Part shown: piece after piece, positions 31,555 to 32,000 of the stretch
How the letters are laid out: every line of letters begins with the position of its first letter
Position numbering within the stretch: the stretch's first letter is position 1
Source: Mycoplasmoides genitalium G37
GTDB taxonomy: Bacteria; Bacillota_I; Bacilli_A; Mycoplasmatales; Mycoplasmoidaceae
NCBI RefSeq assembly: GCF_000027325.1
Contig: NC_000908.2
Coordinates: 270,001-302,000, forward strand
Length of the DNA stretch: 32,000 bases
Direction of reading: 5' to 3'
Notes under the pieces: model-generated
What the model was told of the DNA's origin: nothing
The model's database searches: none
What the model saw: only the letters and a program-made list of their open reading frames with translations
Program-made: the position numbers and the translations under genes

Positions 31555-32000
31555 TTACAGCAACATTTTTTTAATTAGTTTTTTTCTAATTTGATCAGCT
31601 TTATCCATTGCTTTTTGTTTGTGTAATATTGATCACTCTTTAATTAAACGCACATTAAGTTTAGTATGGATAGATTTAAAGCTAATTCCTAATAAATCAA
31701 TTGATCATTCCAAGAAACTAAGTTGTTCTCTCAGCACACTAAAGTCCTTAGTTTTAATACTTGTATTAATTTTTTTTATTAGTTTTCAGATAGCAGCAAC
31801 TGCATTGGCAAAGTTGAGATTATCAAGTAAAGCTGAAAAAACTGGATCATATTGCTTGGGACTAATCAACTCAGATTGTTCTGAATAAACTAATCAGGTT
31901 CTAGCAACATTAAGTGTTTTTGCAATCCTTTGAATATCATTATTAGCTTTTTCAATCAATGATTGGTTTAGATCAATAGGATGCAAATAGTGTTTTTGGT
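31555..32000 (-). CDS. cysS: Cysteinyl-tRNA synthetase, C-terminal part (5' end lies beyond the window)
   Basis: The minus frame is open from the window edge to TAA (plus-strand TTA 31555-57) with TGA read as Trp. SALLDNLNFANAVAAIWKLIKKIN fits the CysRS pattern (a..DDfNT..Al..l..l....N). The C-terminal KADQIRKKL resembles the CysRS ADxIRdxL tail. Confidence 0.8.

Noticed and set aside
1-32000. Scan for tRNA, rRNA or other structured-RNA genes, CRISPR arrays, IS elements with terminal inverted repeats, and integrase genes.
   Set aside because: Coding density is near-complete once code 4 is applied. The only sizeable non-coding stretch (3319-3789) is explained by the MgPar fragment and the thyA promoter region. 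I saw no cloverleaf-like or repeat-spacer patterns by eye, but a tRNAscan/Infernal run would be needed to exclude small RNAs formally.

Overview
This is a visibly AT-rich Mollicutes chromosomal segment that only makes sense under translation table 4 (TGA = Trp). Nearly every long gene appears in the supplied standard-code ORF track as 2-4 same-frame fragments split at TGA. After I merged them by hand, the window holds 30 tightly packed protein-coding genes, two of them truncated by the window edges. I found no rRNA, tRNA, CRISPR, IS element or prophage. From memory, gene order and protein sequences match the Mycoplasma (Mycoplasmoides) genitalium core region from ftsZ to cysS (about MG224-MG253); I cannot run a search to confirm this. 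Plus strand, in order: ftsZ 3' end; two tandem APC-type permease paralogues; a non-coding MgPa-adhesin repeat fragment (MgPar); thyA-folA-nrdF-nrdI-nrdE; rplU-prp-rpmA-nfo, a Fur-like gene and an orphan gene; tig; a CIRCE operator; lon. Further along the plus strand are two large orphan membrane-anchored paralogues, an RDD-family membrane protein, a PcrA/UvrD helicase, 5-formyl-THF cyclo-ligase and a YmdB-like phosphoesterase. Minus strand: a nadD-yqeK fusion, and a long chain cysS-rlmB-like-glyQS-dnaG-rpoD-trmK-plsY. I see no convincing defence or mobile island; the window is mostly housekeeping. Items most worth a second look: (i) NrdF carries the Val/Pro/Lys substitutions of metal ligands that define metal-free class Ie ribonucleotide reductases; (ii) the MgPar antigenic-variation archive fragment between permease and thyA; (iii) the orphan pair with a shared CorA-like C-terminal two-helix membrane module plus an RDD protein, translationally chained to the helicase; (iv) a perfect CIRCE overlapping the tig stop codon upstream of lon; (v) the recurrent 8-nt ATGNNTAA gene overlaps with no ATGA overlaps, as expected once TGA is no longer a stop; (vi) a basic, AT-hook-like N-terminal extension on RpoD.
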